Shown piece by piece: positions 24,086 through 34,601 of a stretch of 64,000 nt of DNA (positions are counted from its first letter, which is position 1; the number at the start of each line of letters is the position of its first letter). Origin of the DNA: an uncultured Methanosarcinaceae archaeon. Lineage in GTDB: Archaea > Halobacteriota > Methanosarcinia > Methanosarcinales > Methanosarcinaceae. The position numbers and the translations under genes are program-made. The notes beneath the pieces are model-generated. The model was given only the letters and a program-made list of their open reading frames with translations. It was not told the origin of the DNA and made no database searches. The stretch is taken from contig CAVTET010000001.1 of assembly GCA_963733675.1 (NCBI GenBank), positions 96,001 through 160,000 on the forward strand, written 5' to 3'.

Positions 24086-24789
24086 CGGGATTAGATAAAT
24101 TCAAGTTCTATGTTAAATAGTTATATGATTTTATTTATTTTTATCGTTAGCAGATATTATAGTAAATTTTCTGTAAAATCTTAGAGAATATCTCTAAATT
24201 TCAATGTTTAACTGATTGTTTATGAAGCCTACATAAGCAATTTGTTAAAATCAGAAGTTTGTAAAATCCTCTATATTCTTTTTCTTAGGATATAGGAAAT
24301 GTCCTCTGTTTTATGTTTGTGTTAATTTGACCCAATAAAACAATCTAAGTAATTCATTTTTAATTAAAGGGTAAAGTTAGTATACGAAATTAAAAGTTAG
24401 GCAGTGTACTAAAGTATCTGACTAAATATAAAAAAGGATTCTCTCACTTTTGCGAAAACATAGAGGGAGTTTTATGGTTATGATTTTCAACAGCTTATTG
24501 ACACAAACAAAAATTTAATTTAAAAACAATAAATGGTTCCAAAGAACTCCAGCAACGGTGGAGAGAATAACTAATCCCACATGAAATTTAAACGAGGTTT
24601 TAAATTTCAAATTTTCTTTTAAATAACTTGGGACACGACCAAAAAACGATGAGTGAAATACTTACTTGTATACAGTTACAATTGTCAGTACGAAACCTGG
24701 CTCAAAGAGTAGAAAATTAACGATTAAACAGATATTAAAATTATGAGTAGAAATCAGATTAATCTGATTTCAGTTTCATTTATCGAATA

Positions 24790-26205
24790 TTATTTTTCGT
24801 TGAAATACTCGCCAATAGCCCTTGCAGCTGTTTTACCTGCACCCATTGCGCTGATAACGGTTGCTGCGCCTGTGACAACATCTCCCCCTGCAAAAACTCC
24901 ACACTTAGAGGTTGTTCCGGTTTCCTCATCTGCAACTACGGTGCCCTTTTGGTTTTGCTCAAGACCTTCCGAGCCTTTAAAGATAACGGGATTCGGGGAT
25001 GTGCCTATGGCAATGACTACAACGTCAGCAGGAATTGTGAATTCCGAACCTTCAATAGGTACAGAGCTTCTTCGGCCTGATTTATCAGGTTCTCTAAGTT
25101 CCATTTTAATGCATTCGACGGCTTTGACATTGAACTTTTCATCTCCGTGGATTAATACAGCATTTGTAAGAAGCCTGAATATAATTCCTTCTTGTTTAGC
25201 GTGCTCTATTTCCTCCCTGCGAGTCGGCATCTCGTCTTCTCCGCGTCGGTAGATTATACTTACCTCGTCGGCACCCAGACGGAGCGCAGAGCGTGCTGCA
25301 TCCATTGCTACATTTCCACCTCCAACGACTACCACATGCTTCCCGTGCCTTACCATTGTATCATATGCAGAGTCATAGGCTTTCATTAGGTTTACTCGTG
25401 TTAGGAATTCATTTGCTGAATATACACCGCTAAAGTTTTCGCCTGGAATCCCCATAAAGTTAGGGAGGCCTGCACCTGTGCCTAAAAACACAGCCCCGAA
25501 TTCATCACAAAGTTCATCTAAAGTTTTTATCCTGCCTATAACATAGTTGAGCTTGAACTCAACTCCGAGATGCTTAACAGATTCGATTTCCTGCTGCACG
25601 ATTTTTTTTGGCAGTCTGAACTCAGGGATTCCATAACTCAGGACTCCTCCAGCTTTGTGCAGGGACTCAAAAATTATGACCTTGTGCCCTTGCTTTGCGA
25701 GGTACACTGCGACAGTAAGGCCTGCAGGCCCTGAACCAACAACAGCTACACTCTTTCCGGAGGATTTTATGACCTCAGGAACTTTTAAACCCCTTTGGAT
25801 CTCATAGTCCGCACAGAAACGTTCGAGACTTCCAATTTTCACCGGATGTCCCTTATTTCCAAGCACGCATCTGGCTTCACATTGGGTTTCCTGGGGACAA
25901 ACGCGGCCGCAGATTGCTGGAAGTGCGTTTGTGCGTTTTATTTTTTCGATTGCTCCTTCAAAATTTTCCTCGCATATCAGCTCGATAAAACCCGGAATAT
26001 CTACATTTACAGGACAGCCTTCGACACACTTAGGGTCTTTACAGGCAAGACAGCGGGAGGCTTCTGTAAGGGCGTCTTTTTTTGAGTATCCAAGAGTTAC
26101 TTCTTTGAAGTTCTTTCTACGCTCTTCGGCGGGTTGTTCGAGCATAAGGGTTCTTTCTTCCTTTGTTTTTTTGATTTTTCCTTCATGTAATCCTTGCATT
26201 TTCAA
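24790..26205 (-). CDS. sudA: NfnB/SudA-type NADPH-dependent flavo-Fe-S oxidoreductase (GltD-like)
   Basis: RCLACKDPKCVEGCP, CGRVCPQETQCE, GSGPAG, GGGNVAMDAAR, FAGGD. Confidence 0.9.
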   Translation of the reverse strand: MKMQGLHEGKIKKTKEERTLMLEQPAEERRKNFKEVTLGYSKKDALTEASRCLACKDPKCVEGCPVNVDIPGFIELICEENFEGAIEKIKRTNALPAICGRVCPQETQCEARCVLGNKGHPVKIGSLERFCADYEIQRGLKVPEVIKSSGKSVAVVGSGPAGLTVAVYLAKQGHKVIIFESLHKAGGVLSYGIPEFRLPKKIVQQEIESVKHLGVEFKLNYVIGRIKTLDELCDEFGAVFLGTGAGLPNFMGIPGENFSGVYSANEFLTRVNLMKAYDSAYDTMVRHGKHVVVVGGGNVAMDAARSALRLGADEVSIIYRRGEDEMPTRREEIEHAKQEGIIFRLLTNAVLIHGDEKFNVKAVECIKMELREPDKSGRRSSVPIEGSEFTIPADVVVIAIGTSPNPVIFKGSEGLEQNQKGTVVADEETGTTSKCGVFAGGDVVTGAATVISAMGAGKTAARAIGEYFNEK

Positions 26206-27061
26206 TCCTTTCCTTTAAGTGCAGTCCACACCTGCATTCCTCTTCATATTTTTCTACAGCTTTTATTTCTTCACCGCGGTACATTGCAAGCCTGTTGATA
26301 AGCTCTACAAAGTCGACCTTACGGGCATCGAATTCAGGTCCATCAACGCAGGTAAATTTCGTTCTCCCACCAATTGTGACCCTGCAGCCACCGCACATTC
26401 CCGTTCCGTCCACCATAATGGAGTTAAGGCTAACCAGGATTTCAACGTCGTATGGAGAAGCTATTACAGTTCCTACTTTCATCATTATTGGCGGGCCGAT
26501 GATTACAACCCTTGCAATCTTTTCGCCACTGTCCAGGATCTTTTTCATAATGTCGGTTACAAATCCGTGATGCCCTTTTGATCCATCATCAGTTGCAATA
26601 CATAGTTTGGCGCTTACTTTCCTCATTTGATCTTCAAGGATGAGAAGATCCTTGTTCCGAGCTCCTATAATTGAAATTACTCGGTTGCCTGCCTTTGTAT
26701 AAGCTTTTGCCAGGGGATAAATAGGGGCAACTCCTACTCCTCCCCCTACAAGAATAACATTGCCGAGATTCCTTATATCAGCAGGAGTTCCTAAGGGTCC
26801 AACAAAATCTTCCAGTGAATCCCCTGCTGAAAGCTTAGCAAGCTGTTTTGTGGTCTTGCCCATCTCCTGGAAAATTACGGATACTGTTCCTTTTTCTTTC
26901 TCAAAATCGAAAATAGTGAGGGGGATTCTTTCCCCAAATTCATTAAGTCTGAGAATTAAAAATTGCCCGGCTTTTGCAGCCTTTGCCACGTCAGGTGCGT
27001 CTATAACCATTTTGTGTATCGATTGGGCTATTTCTTCCTTTTTTAGTATTTTATATGCCAT
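26183..27061 (-). CDS. sudB: NfnA/SudB-type FAD/NAD-binding 2Fe-2S subunit
   Basis: GERIPLT, GPLG, GGGVG, MVDGTGMCGGCRV, CVDGPEF. Confidence 0.9.
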   Translation of the reverse strand: MAYKILKKEEIAQSIHKMVIDAPDVAKAAKAGQFLILRLNEFGERIPLTIFDFEKEKGTVSVIFQEMGKTTKQLAKLSAGDSLEDFVGPLGTPADIRNLGNVILVGGGVGVAPIYPLAKAYTKAGNRVISIIGARNKDLLILEDQMRKVSAKLCIATDDGSKGHHGFVTDIMKKILDSGEKIARVVIIGPPIMMKVGTVIASPYDVEILVSLNSIMVDGTGMCGGCRVTIGGRTKFTCVDGPEFDARKVDFVELINRLAMYRGEEIKAVEKYEEECRCGLHLKERIENARIT

Positions 27062-27368
27062 GATATCACATTTTACTGACTAAATATATCTTTTTAAACG
27101 AATTAATAGGCAATCTTAACTGTGTCTTAGTTTCTAGAGGGTTTCGTCTTCAGCGCTTTCTTCCTGGAAGTGCCCTTATATAGGTTATTGGATATATATA
27201 CTTCCAAATAATTTTAACTATTTTGTCTGTTTAAATCATTTTTGGGTTAGATTTTAAATGCTATTTCTTACGATATAGATGTCGTTTATCGAAATCTTCT
27301 GCAGCCATATCTGACTCGGAGATTTGGAGACATTTTATCATTTTTTGGTTTTTTGATTCATTGGAGTC

Positions 27369-27600
27369 GTAACTGCTCTCAATAAAATAGTGCCTACTCA
27401 GGGTTAGAGTTAGCTGCGTTACCTTGAGAACCGGTTGAATACCATCTTATAACCTGCAAACTGTTCTTTCTGATTTTAGAAATGTAGGCTACAATTTTGC
27501 AGAAAGCTTCTGATATTTTTGTTGTTCGGAAAGGTTCTGATATTTTTGACTGTAATTTCATCATTTCGATTCCTTTCTGGCTGGTTATTTTCAAATGAAA
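27369..27600 (-). mobile_element. IS66-family 3' remnant
   Basis: FENNQPER..MMKLQSKISEPFRT..AFCKIVAYISKIRKN, with a GTAACTGCTC terminus near 27369. Confidence 0.65.
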
Positions 27601-28149
27601 TTATTGACTCATTTCCAAAATCCAGCGATTAAAGTGAGTTAAACATAATTACATAATTTTTAGAATTTGCAATTATATAATGATGTTACGACACAAACGT
27701 ATTACTGATAAACCTAAACATTAATAACTTTTCGGTACTGATCACTTTCTTAGAAGTTTTTTGCTATTTGACAATAATTATGAAGACATTGCAGAAGGAA
27801 TTTTATGTAAAAAGTATTCCTATCTTCTGTTCTGAATTCAATAGTCTCATCATCATAACGGTCACAACGTATACACCAAAAAAGGGCTTAAGCCATCAAA
27901 ATCAGTAAATATAAATGTCCAAATTGTAACTGTACTCATAAAGAAAATAGTTGTTCTTGGGCGGGTCTTAAGTCTGTTATATTCGGTTCGTTTAATGATT
28001 TCTTCAAACTGCTTAGGTATCTTAATGTTTCACATGAAGAGATTTCTGCCATTGTGGATTTCATATATCCAAGATTAAAAAGCACCGTTCTCAGAGAATT
28101 CAAAAAGAATACGAAGTAAGAGGAGGTTTATTGTAGTTCACAATTTTCC

Positions 28150-28760
28150 AAGAAAAATAACAATTAAGAGGAATTGTTGAAATACAGGATTTTAAATATT
28201 TTTTATGATCGTGAAAAGGAAATAGAATTTCTCGAAGAACTTCTATCTGACTAATTAAATTCGATAAGTGATGAGAAAAGCATATAATTAGATTAAAAAT
28301 GCAAAGAAAAGATTAAAACATTATAGACATGATTAAACCTTGAAAGGCAACTAAATAAGGAAAATCTTCTGCATCAAAGTCTTGAAAAAGGAAAAAACAG
28401 TTTTGAAGAATTAATGAGACATATAAATAGCATATGATGAAGCTATTCAAAAACGGTTATGGATGGTAATTAATTATTGGCTGAACCTTACCTTATTTGA
28501 TTATCTACCTGGAGCTCCAGCAACAAATGGTCCTATGGAATGCTATTTTTCAAAAAATATGAAAATTGATAGTAAGAAGAAGTTTAGAACAGATGTTGGA
28601 ATTGAAAACCAGATTAAACTTGCAGAAATGAAAAGAGCAGGTAAGCTTACAAAACCAGATAAATCATTTTTGAAATTATTCAAAATATTTCTGCCATTTC
28701 GAGCATAATGAACGTTTTTAAGAAAAAATTTTACTACCAAAATAGCGAAGCATACCGATT
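28150..28760 (+). mobile_element. ISNCY-type transposase C-terminal remnant
   Basis: PATNGPMECYFS..KKKFRT; degraded reading frames upstream. Confidence 0.5.
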
Positions 28761-28914
28761 TATTTCTATGAAAAAGTTAAAAATTTCTAATATGGATGTA
28801 ACTTTTTGAAGATTTAAAAAAATTTGGCACTTAAGGTGATACTAGAGGATGAAATTAATAAACTGATAAAAATAATTTTCAGAAAAGTCATAATCCAGGG
28901 AACAGAAAATGGTG

Positions 28915-29230
28915 AAATCACTTGATTATGGAATTGTGTCGAACTCTCAGATATGTAGGGAACATCATCATCTGTTCTCTGTGGTGTATATGCCTATCAA
29001 ATGGATTCTTCGCTTTTGTTTTTGGATTTGCACGGTGTTTTCCTCTTTTAGGAGGTTTAGAGGCAGCAGATTTTTTCAATCTATTTTAAGACCAGGGAAT
29101 TGAACCTTTTTTAGACTCTTTAATTTGCTCAAAAGTATATTTTTATCCATGTTTCATCACAATGGATGCCAGGACAAATCATTCACTTTTACTAATCACA
29201 TTTCCAAATTCCTCTTAGTCCCTGAAACAT
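28915..29230 (-). mobile_element. IS66-like transposase internal remnant
   Basis: Minus strand reads PKRGKHRANPKTKAKNPFDRHIHHREQM, resembling the IS66 KTKARNLLDRF region. Confidence 0.45.
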
Positions 29231-29453
29231 TCTCTTTTTGTTCCTAATTACAGAGAATTTCGATAAACATCTGATTTCAATATATTGCTTATATAAGGGT
29301 TTATGCACAACCAGCCAAAAATTGGGGGTTATCTAAATCCTCTCTACACAATGAAAAAACTTATATAGCAAGTATAAATTTATGCTGTATGTGAATCAGT
29401 TCTTTAGAAGTTCCATGATTGAAGAAAATGGTCAACTCCAGATTTTTGGGAAA

Positions 29454-30284
29454 ATGGTTAATATCGGCATTATAAAAATGGGAAACCTGGGGATGAGTCA
29501 GGTTATCAATCTAATCCAGGATGAAATGGCAGCGAGAGAGGGGATCACAGTACGAGCATTTGGAACAGGTGCTAAGATGGGTTTAGCCGAAGCTATGGAC
29601 ACTGAAAGTTTCAAGCAGTGGCACGCAGACGTTATGATAATTATCAGCCCTGACGCAACAGCTCCAGGTCCCACTGCACTCCTTGAATCATGGAAGAACG
29701 TGCCATGCATTGTGATCTCAGACGGGCCAGAAGATATGACAGCCAGAAAAGCTTTGGAGCATCAAGGCTTAGGATATATTATCTTGTCGGTAGATCCGCT
29801 TATCGGAGCAAAAAGAGAGTTTCTTGATCCAGTGGAAATGGTAGCCTTCAACGCAGATTTAATGAAAGTTCTCTCTATTTGTGGTGTTGTAAGACTTATT
29901 CAAGAAGAACTCGACAAAATAACAGAGCAACTTGCTTCCGGAAAGTCCGGGATGGAACTGGAGCTCCCACACATTTTTGCAAACCCAGAGAAATGCATTC
30001 AACATGCAGGTTTCTCAAATCCCTATGCGAAAGCAAAGGCTCTTGCTGCCCTTCACATAGCTGAAAAAGTAGCACAGGTCAACTACCCTGTATGTTTCAT
30101 GCTAAAGGAACTTGATCAAATATGCCTTACAGCTGCAGCAGGACATGAAATAATGGGGTCTGCTGCTCATCTTGCAACTCAGGCAAGAGAAATTGAAAAA
30201 TCCAATGATACTGTCTTCAGACAATCCCATGCAAAGAGCGGCACCCTGCTGACGAAAACTAAATTATATGAAAAACCAAAATAA
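29454..30284 (+). CDS. mtd: F420-dependent methylene-H4MPT(H4SPT) dehydrogenase
   Basis: MVNIGIIKMGNLG, GTGAKM, DPLIGAKREFLDPVEM, F.NPYAKAKA. Likely start is ATG 29454. Confidence 0.93.
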   Translation: MVNIGIIKMGNLGMSQVINLIQDEMAAREGITVRAFGTGAKMGLAEAMDTESFKQWHADVMIIISPDATAPGPTALLESWKNVPCIVISDGPEDMTARKALEHQGLGYIILSVDPLIGAKREFLDPVEMVAFNADLMKVLSICGVVRLIQEELDKITEQLASGKSGMELELPHIFANPEKCIQHAGFSNPYAKAKALAALHIAEKVAQVNYPVCFMLKELDQICLTAAAGHEIMGSAAHLATQAREIEKSNDTVFRQSHAKSGTLLTKTKLYEKPK

Positions 30285-31634
30285 AAATTGAAAATTATTT
30301 TAAAGTTTTGAAATCGAAAACCTTATCAGAAAATCATGAAAAAATGTTACTGGGTGAGAATAGGAGACTTGTTATTATTTTCAGGGGTTTTGATTGATAG
30401 AAGTCAATTGCGGGTGGAATTAAAGATCAATTTTGGAGATCCTCGAAGATGTTAAAAATCTCGAGATTTAAGCAACAATTTAATTAAATAACATATTTGA
30501 TTAAATAGTTTCTCCAGTAAGATATGAGAAATTAAAAAATTTGAAGCTGGGAATCGAAGAAGAAACTTGAACAAAAAATATGAAATAGTAAATCTATCTA
30601 AAGTATCCCACAAAAGTTTCAAATTTGATTATTTTAACTGACATTCTTAAGATGTACACAGATGTATAATTCGTTTGCCTATTTGCTCATGATTATTCTA
30701 GAACTCACTTTCCGTATGTGTACACATGAATTTCCTCTATTTTCTCAATACGGAAGTAGCTTAAAAATTAATTTAGCTTTCAAGAATAATAGTAGGCAAA
30801 TAGGCAAACAAATTATACATCTGTGTAAGTCTGCGAAATTTAGGATTATTCATTGAAAAATTTTTCCCGGAATTTTTGATTTATTGCAATCAATTGCCAT
30901 TGAGATTAATGATGAATTTTTGCTATCCCCTAATATATTAAAAAGCATCTTGTGGTATGATTGAGAGCTCATTACCTTCTTGAAGAAACCCGATACAAAG
31001 GAATTCATTGAGATCAAGTTCTTCTAGAGATGTAGATGTATCATCTGTAGGTCATTTTTATTTCACTGCAAAAAGCATGATGCAGATTCAATGATTATGC
31101 TGACAAAGTTTCTGTTTTTATTATCTTCACTGATGCAGAGCTTTTCACACAAAAACTGTGCATTAACTATGAATCGAGTTTCAAGCTCTCTAATAGGAAT
31201 CCTCAATATTTATTTTTATACTTTAATCTAGGTTCCAATAATCAAAAAGTTAGCTTTCAGACTTGTGGACCCCCACATTTCCACTGCAACTACCCTTTCA
31301 TTAGAGATGTTGTTTCTCTTAATTTAGTTTATTTTTCCACCTTTGATAGTTTCTGTAACATAAGAATTCTCGGCTAGCACAGACCAATCAATTATCGTTA
31401 AACTTTTTTTAGTCCCGATTTCTACTGTAGGTTCCCTCTATGTCAGAAGATTAGGGAAACTGAAAACATGGAATTCCTGGAATAGACAAACTCGGAAATC
31501 TGCAGATCTATAAATTTTCTCAAAAATGGGTTCATTTTCATTGACCTGCTTCAGATATCTTTAGGCTACCTAATCTTTATAGGCCAAAGCATAAAACCAC
31601 TGGGTCTTCAGCTCAGTGTATGTAAGCGTCAACT

Positions 31635-32020
31635 TCACCCATGGTTCCGTATGTAATTCTCGGCTGCTTCTTTGTTAACATTGCCGATAGAAAATGTGAA
31701 ATATCCCTCATTTCATAGTGTATGTTCTTTCCAATAGTAAATTTTTCAAATACTTTTTTGAGTTTTCCGTATCCTAATTGTTGTCTCTTGTTTCAGTTTT
31801 CGAATGATCGCAAGAGTGCTGACTTTTGGCTCGCTTTCAAAGAGTATATGGATGTGTTTTTGTCGTTTTCATTTCTATTAAGTTCAAAATCTCTTCCTCT
31901 TCAATGTCATGAATTATCTATTAGAGTTCTTCTTCAACCTGTTCTAGTATCTTTTTAGGATACTTGCACACAAAGATAATGTGATGCATTAACAAAAATT
32001 TGTTATATTTTTATTTTCAT
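31635..32020 (-). pseudogene. tnpA: IS200/IS605 TnpA (Y1 HUH transposase), degraded
   Basis: LLMHHIIFVCKY, HIHILFESEPK, YWKEHTL*NEGYF, ENYIRNHG, with stops and frameshifts. Confidence 0.8.
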
Positions 32021-32072
32021 ACTCTATATTTATCAAAAAGTATGTTTATTGTTTAAATATATTAAGTATTAT

Positions 32073-33460
32073 ATGATGAAAGCATTCAAGTTTAGGCTAT
32101 ATCCAACAATTGATCAATCCAACCAACTTATAGGCTATCCGAAAAGTCCTGCTGATCTGAATGTTATCAATGCGCACGCTAAATGTAGCATAGCAAGGTA
32201 ATTTTCAATTTTCTTTTCCCATCTTATAAGGAGTCTTCTGAATCTATTAAGCCAAGAATGTGTCCTTTCTACAACCCATCTTCTTGCCCTAAAACCAGGT
32301 ATGTCTCTTCTTATGTTTTCTTCTCCACGACTTTTGATATGCGCAGTATAACCATAGTTTTCAACCAATTTTCTGATATCGGTGAAATCATAACCCTTAT
32401 CCATGCATATATTCTGAATTATGTCTTCTGGAGAAGGTCTTTCAAAGAATATGGCGTCTAAAGTCCTTTTTACAAGCTTTTTATCGTGACGATTGGCTCC
32501 ATCAACGACAACAGAAAGTGGTATGCCTTTACCATCATTTAAAACACTCCTTTTTGTACCTTTTTTGCCACGATCAGTAGGATTGGCTCCTGTTCCAGCT
32601 CCACCTAATGGTGCTTTTGTCATAGCACCATCAATTGATTATCATTCCCATTCTAATCCTTTTTCGAAATCATACTCAACAAGACCAGCCAGCCACATGC
32701 TCTCAAATAAGCCTGATAGTTGCCATTCCTGAAATCGATCATGTACAGTGCTTGGAGCTCCATAAAATCGGGGCAATGCTTTCCATTGGCAAACAGTAAA
32801 AAGGAGATAGAAAATGCCACTCATTATTTTCCTATCACTCTTTCTAGGTCTTCCAGACTTCTTTTTTGGCTTAGGTACAGGTAGTAAAGGTTCTATTTTT
32901 TTCCAATAATCTTCAGAAATTTCGTAGTCCTGAACAATTTTCCGTTTTGTCATTACCACACATGATCTTAAATTGAAAGTAGATTATTTTTCGGATAGGC
33001 TCTAAGTCGAAAACAGGAAGGTTCTAAAAACAGAGAAAAAGCCAAACAAAAACTTGCTGTACTTCATGAGAAAATAAAAAATCAAAGAAATGATTTTCAA
33101 CACAAACTATCTTTTAAACTTGTTAGCGAGAAACAAGCAATAGCTGTTGAAACTCTGAATGTTAAAGGCATGATTAAGAAGCACCATTTAGCATAGGCTA
33201 TAGATGATTTGGCGTGAAGAGTTTTGTAACAAAATTAGAATATCAATCAGAATGGTTAGGAAAAACCATTCTGATTGATAGGTAAATTTGAAACATCATC
33301 TAAGATCTATCATGTTTGTGGATACCATAACTTTGAGATAACACTAAAAGATAGAGAATGGAAATGTCCTGATTGTAAGACTAAACATGAAAGAGACATT
33401 AATGCTGCAATTAACATCAAAAAATTCGCTCTCATTGATCAAAATCTAATTGGAATCTAA
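32073..33460 (+). pseudogene. tnpB: TnpB RNA-guided nuclease, interrupted by IS5 and partly deleted
   Basis: MMKAFKFRLYPT at 32073; after the IS, SRKQEGSKNREK..IAVETLNVKGM..WKCPDCKTKHERDINAAINI. Confidence 0.88.
32131..33002 (-). mobile_element. IS5-family element, copy 2
   Basis: Closely similar to 18811-19683 in the opposite orientation; ORFs 32642-32959 and 32135-32623 are separated by in-frame stops. Confidence 0.9.
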
Positions 33461-33556
33461 AACCTGTGGAATGCGGGGTATATGGGCTTGGGAACTTGTT
33501 CTCAAAAGAGAACGGAATGAACCAAGAAGCTACTTAGTCTTCAGCTGATTGGTGGT

Positions 33557-34447
33557 TCACTTTGTTATAACTTCACAGCCGTTCTGAGTTATCACTATTG
33601 TATGCTCAGCCTGGGCTACAAGCCCACCTTCAATTTCAAGAAGTACAGGATAAGATTGAAGGATTCCTGCGTTTGCAAGCTGGATTAATGCAAACTCCAA
33701 CTTGTCGGATTCAAGCCAGCGTTTTGCAAAAGGTAGGCCTCTGTATTCTTCTACCTGTTTCAAGATATTTCGGACTGCAGGCATACGGACCGGTTTTTTC
33801 CTTATGAGGCTATATATCTCGGCCCATCTTCCGTCGTGAATGACCCCTGCTCCATTCGTTGCAAATGGTTCTATCGCAAACACATCCCCTTCCCTGAGAA
33901 TTACCCCCCCATCAACACGCTTGTTGGGAACAGAAGGTTCATCGTGGGCATCATATTGGGAAAGCCCGTGGCCTGTCAAGTTTATTATTGGGTTTAAGCC
34001 ATAGCTTCGAATACTGTCATCTATTGTAGCTCCAATTTTCCCTGTAGTGATCCCTGGTCTTGCAAGATTAATGGCTGCAGAAAGGGCCTCTTCAGCTGCT
34101 TTTAATATATCAGAGTTCCCTGATAGGTCAATAGTAACGGCTGAATCTGCAATGTATCCATCTATATGGACACCAAGGTCCAGTTTCACCATATCTTTTC
34201 CGAAAACGTCGGTGTCTCCAGCTGTTGGAGTTGCATGCGCTGCTTCCTCATTTCTCGAAATATTGCAGGGAAAAGCTGGTCTGCCTCCCAACTCGGTAGT
34301 TCTATTTTCCACAAATTCTGCAACTCTTAGCAAGCTATTTCCAACTCCTACCATTTCTACGGCCTCGTCTCTGACAACCTTTAGGATCTTTCCTGCTTCT
34401 CTATATTTCTCGAGAATTTCTTGCTTATTGTTCACATTATCAGTCAT
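33557..34447 (-). CDS. map: Type II methionine aminopeptidase
   Basis: AFPCNIS, AAHATP, DLGVHIDGYIADSA, GHGL, AIEPFAT, AQAEHT. Confidence 0.95.
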   Translation of the reverse strand: MTDNVNNKQEILEKYREAGKILKVVRDEAVEMVGVGNSLLRVAEFVENRTTELGGRPAFPCNISRNEEAAHATPTAGDTDVFGKDMVKLDLGVHIDGYIADSAVTIDLSGNSDILKAAEEALSAAINLARPGITTGKIGATIDDSIRSYGLNPIINLTGHGLSQYDAHDEPSVPNKRVDGGVILREGDVFAIEPFATNGAGVIHDGRWAEIYSLIRKKPVRMPAVRNILKQVEEYRGLPFAKRWLESDKLEFALIQLANAGILQSYPVLLEIEGGLVAQAEHTIVITQNGCEVITK

Positions 34448-34601
34448 GTTAATCCCGTTAATCTCTTATTGAATGTAATAGGTTTCTAGCCTGAATGAAA
34501 TAATAAGGGATGCGTATCTGATCCTTACAATCGTATCGCTAATTTTCTGTTAAAGCGGGGTCATATTCCAGATATAGACAGAGTTTTCAAATTGTAAAAT
34601 G

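Larger units (their letters stand above)
31581..33560. mobile_element. IS605-group element (divergent tnpA and tnpB), disrupted
   Basis: TTTAT immediately 5' of 31581; left hairpin CCACTGGGTCTTCAGCTCAGTG; right hairpin CTACTTAGTCTTCAGCTGATTGG; ends in TTCAC at 33560. Confidence 0.85.

Noticed and set aside
24743-25252. Long antisense ORFs over housekeeping genes (also 22589-23086, 52271-53047, 57061-57699)
   Set aside because: They lie opposite well-supported genes and have no recognisable motifs.
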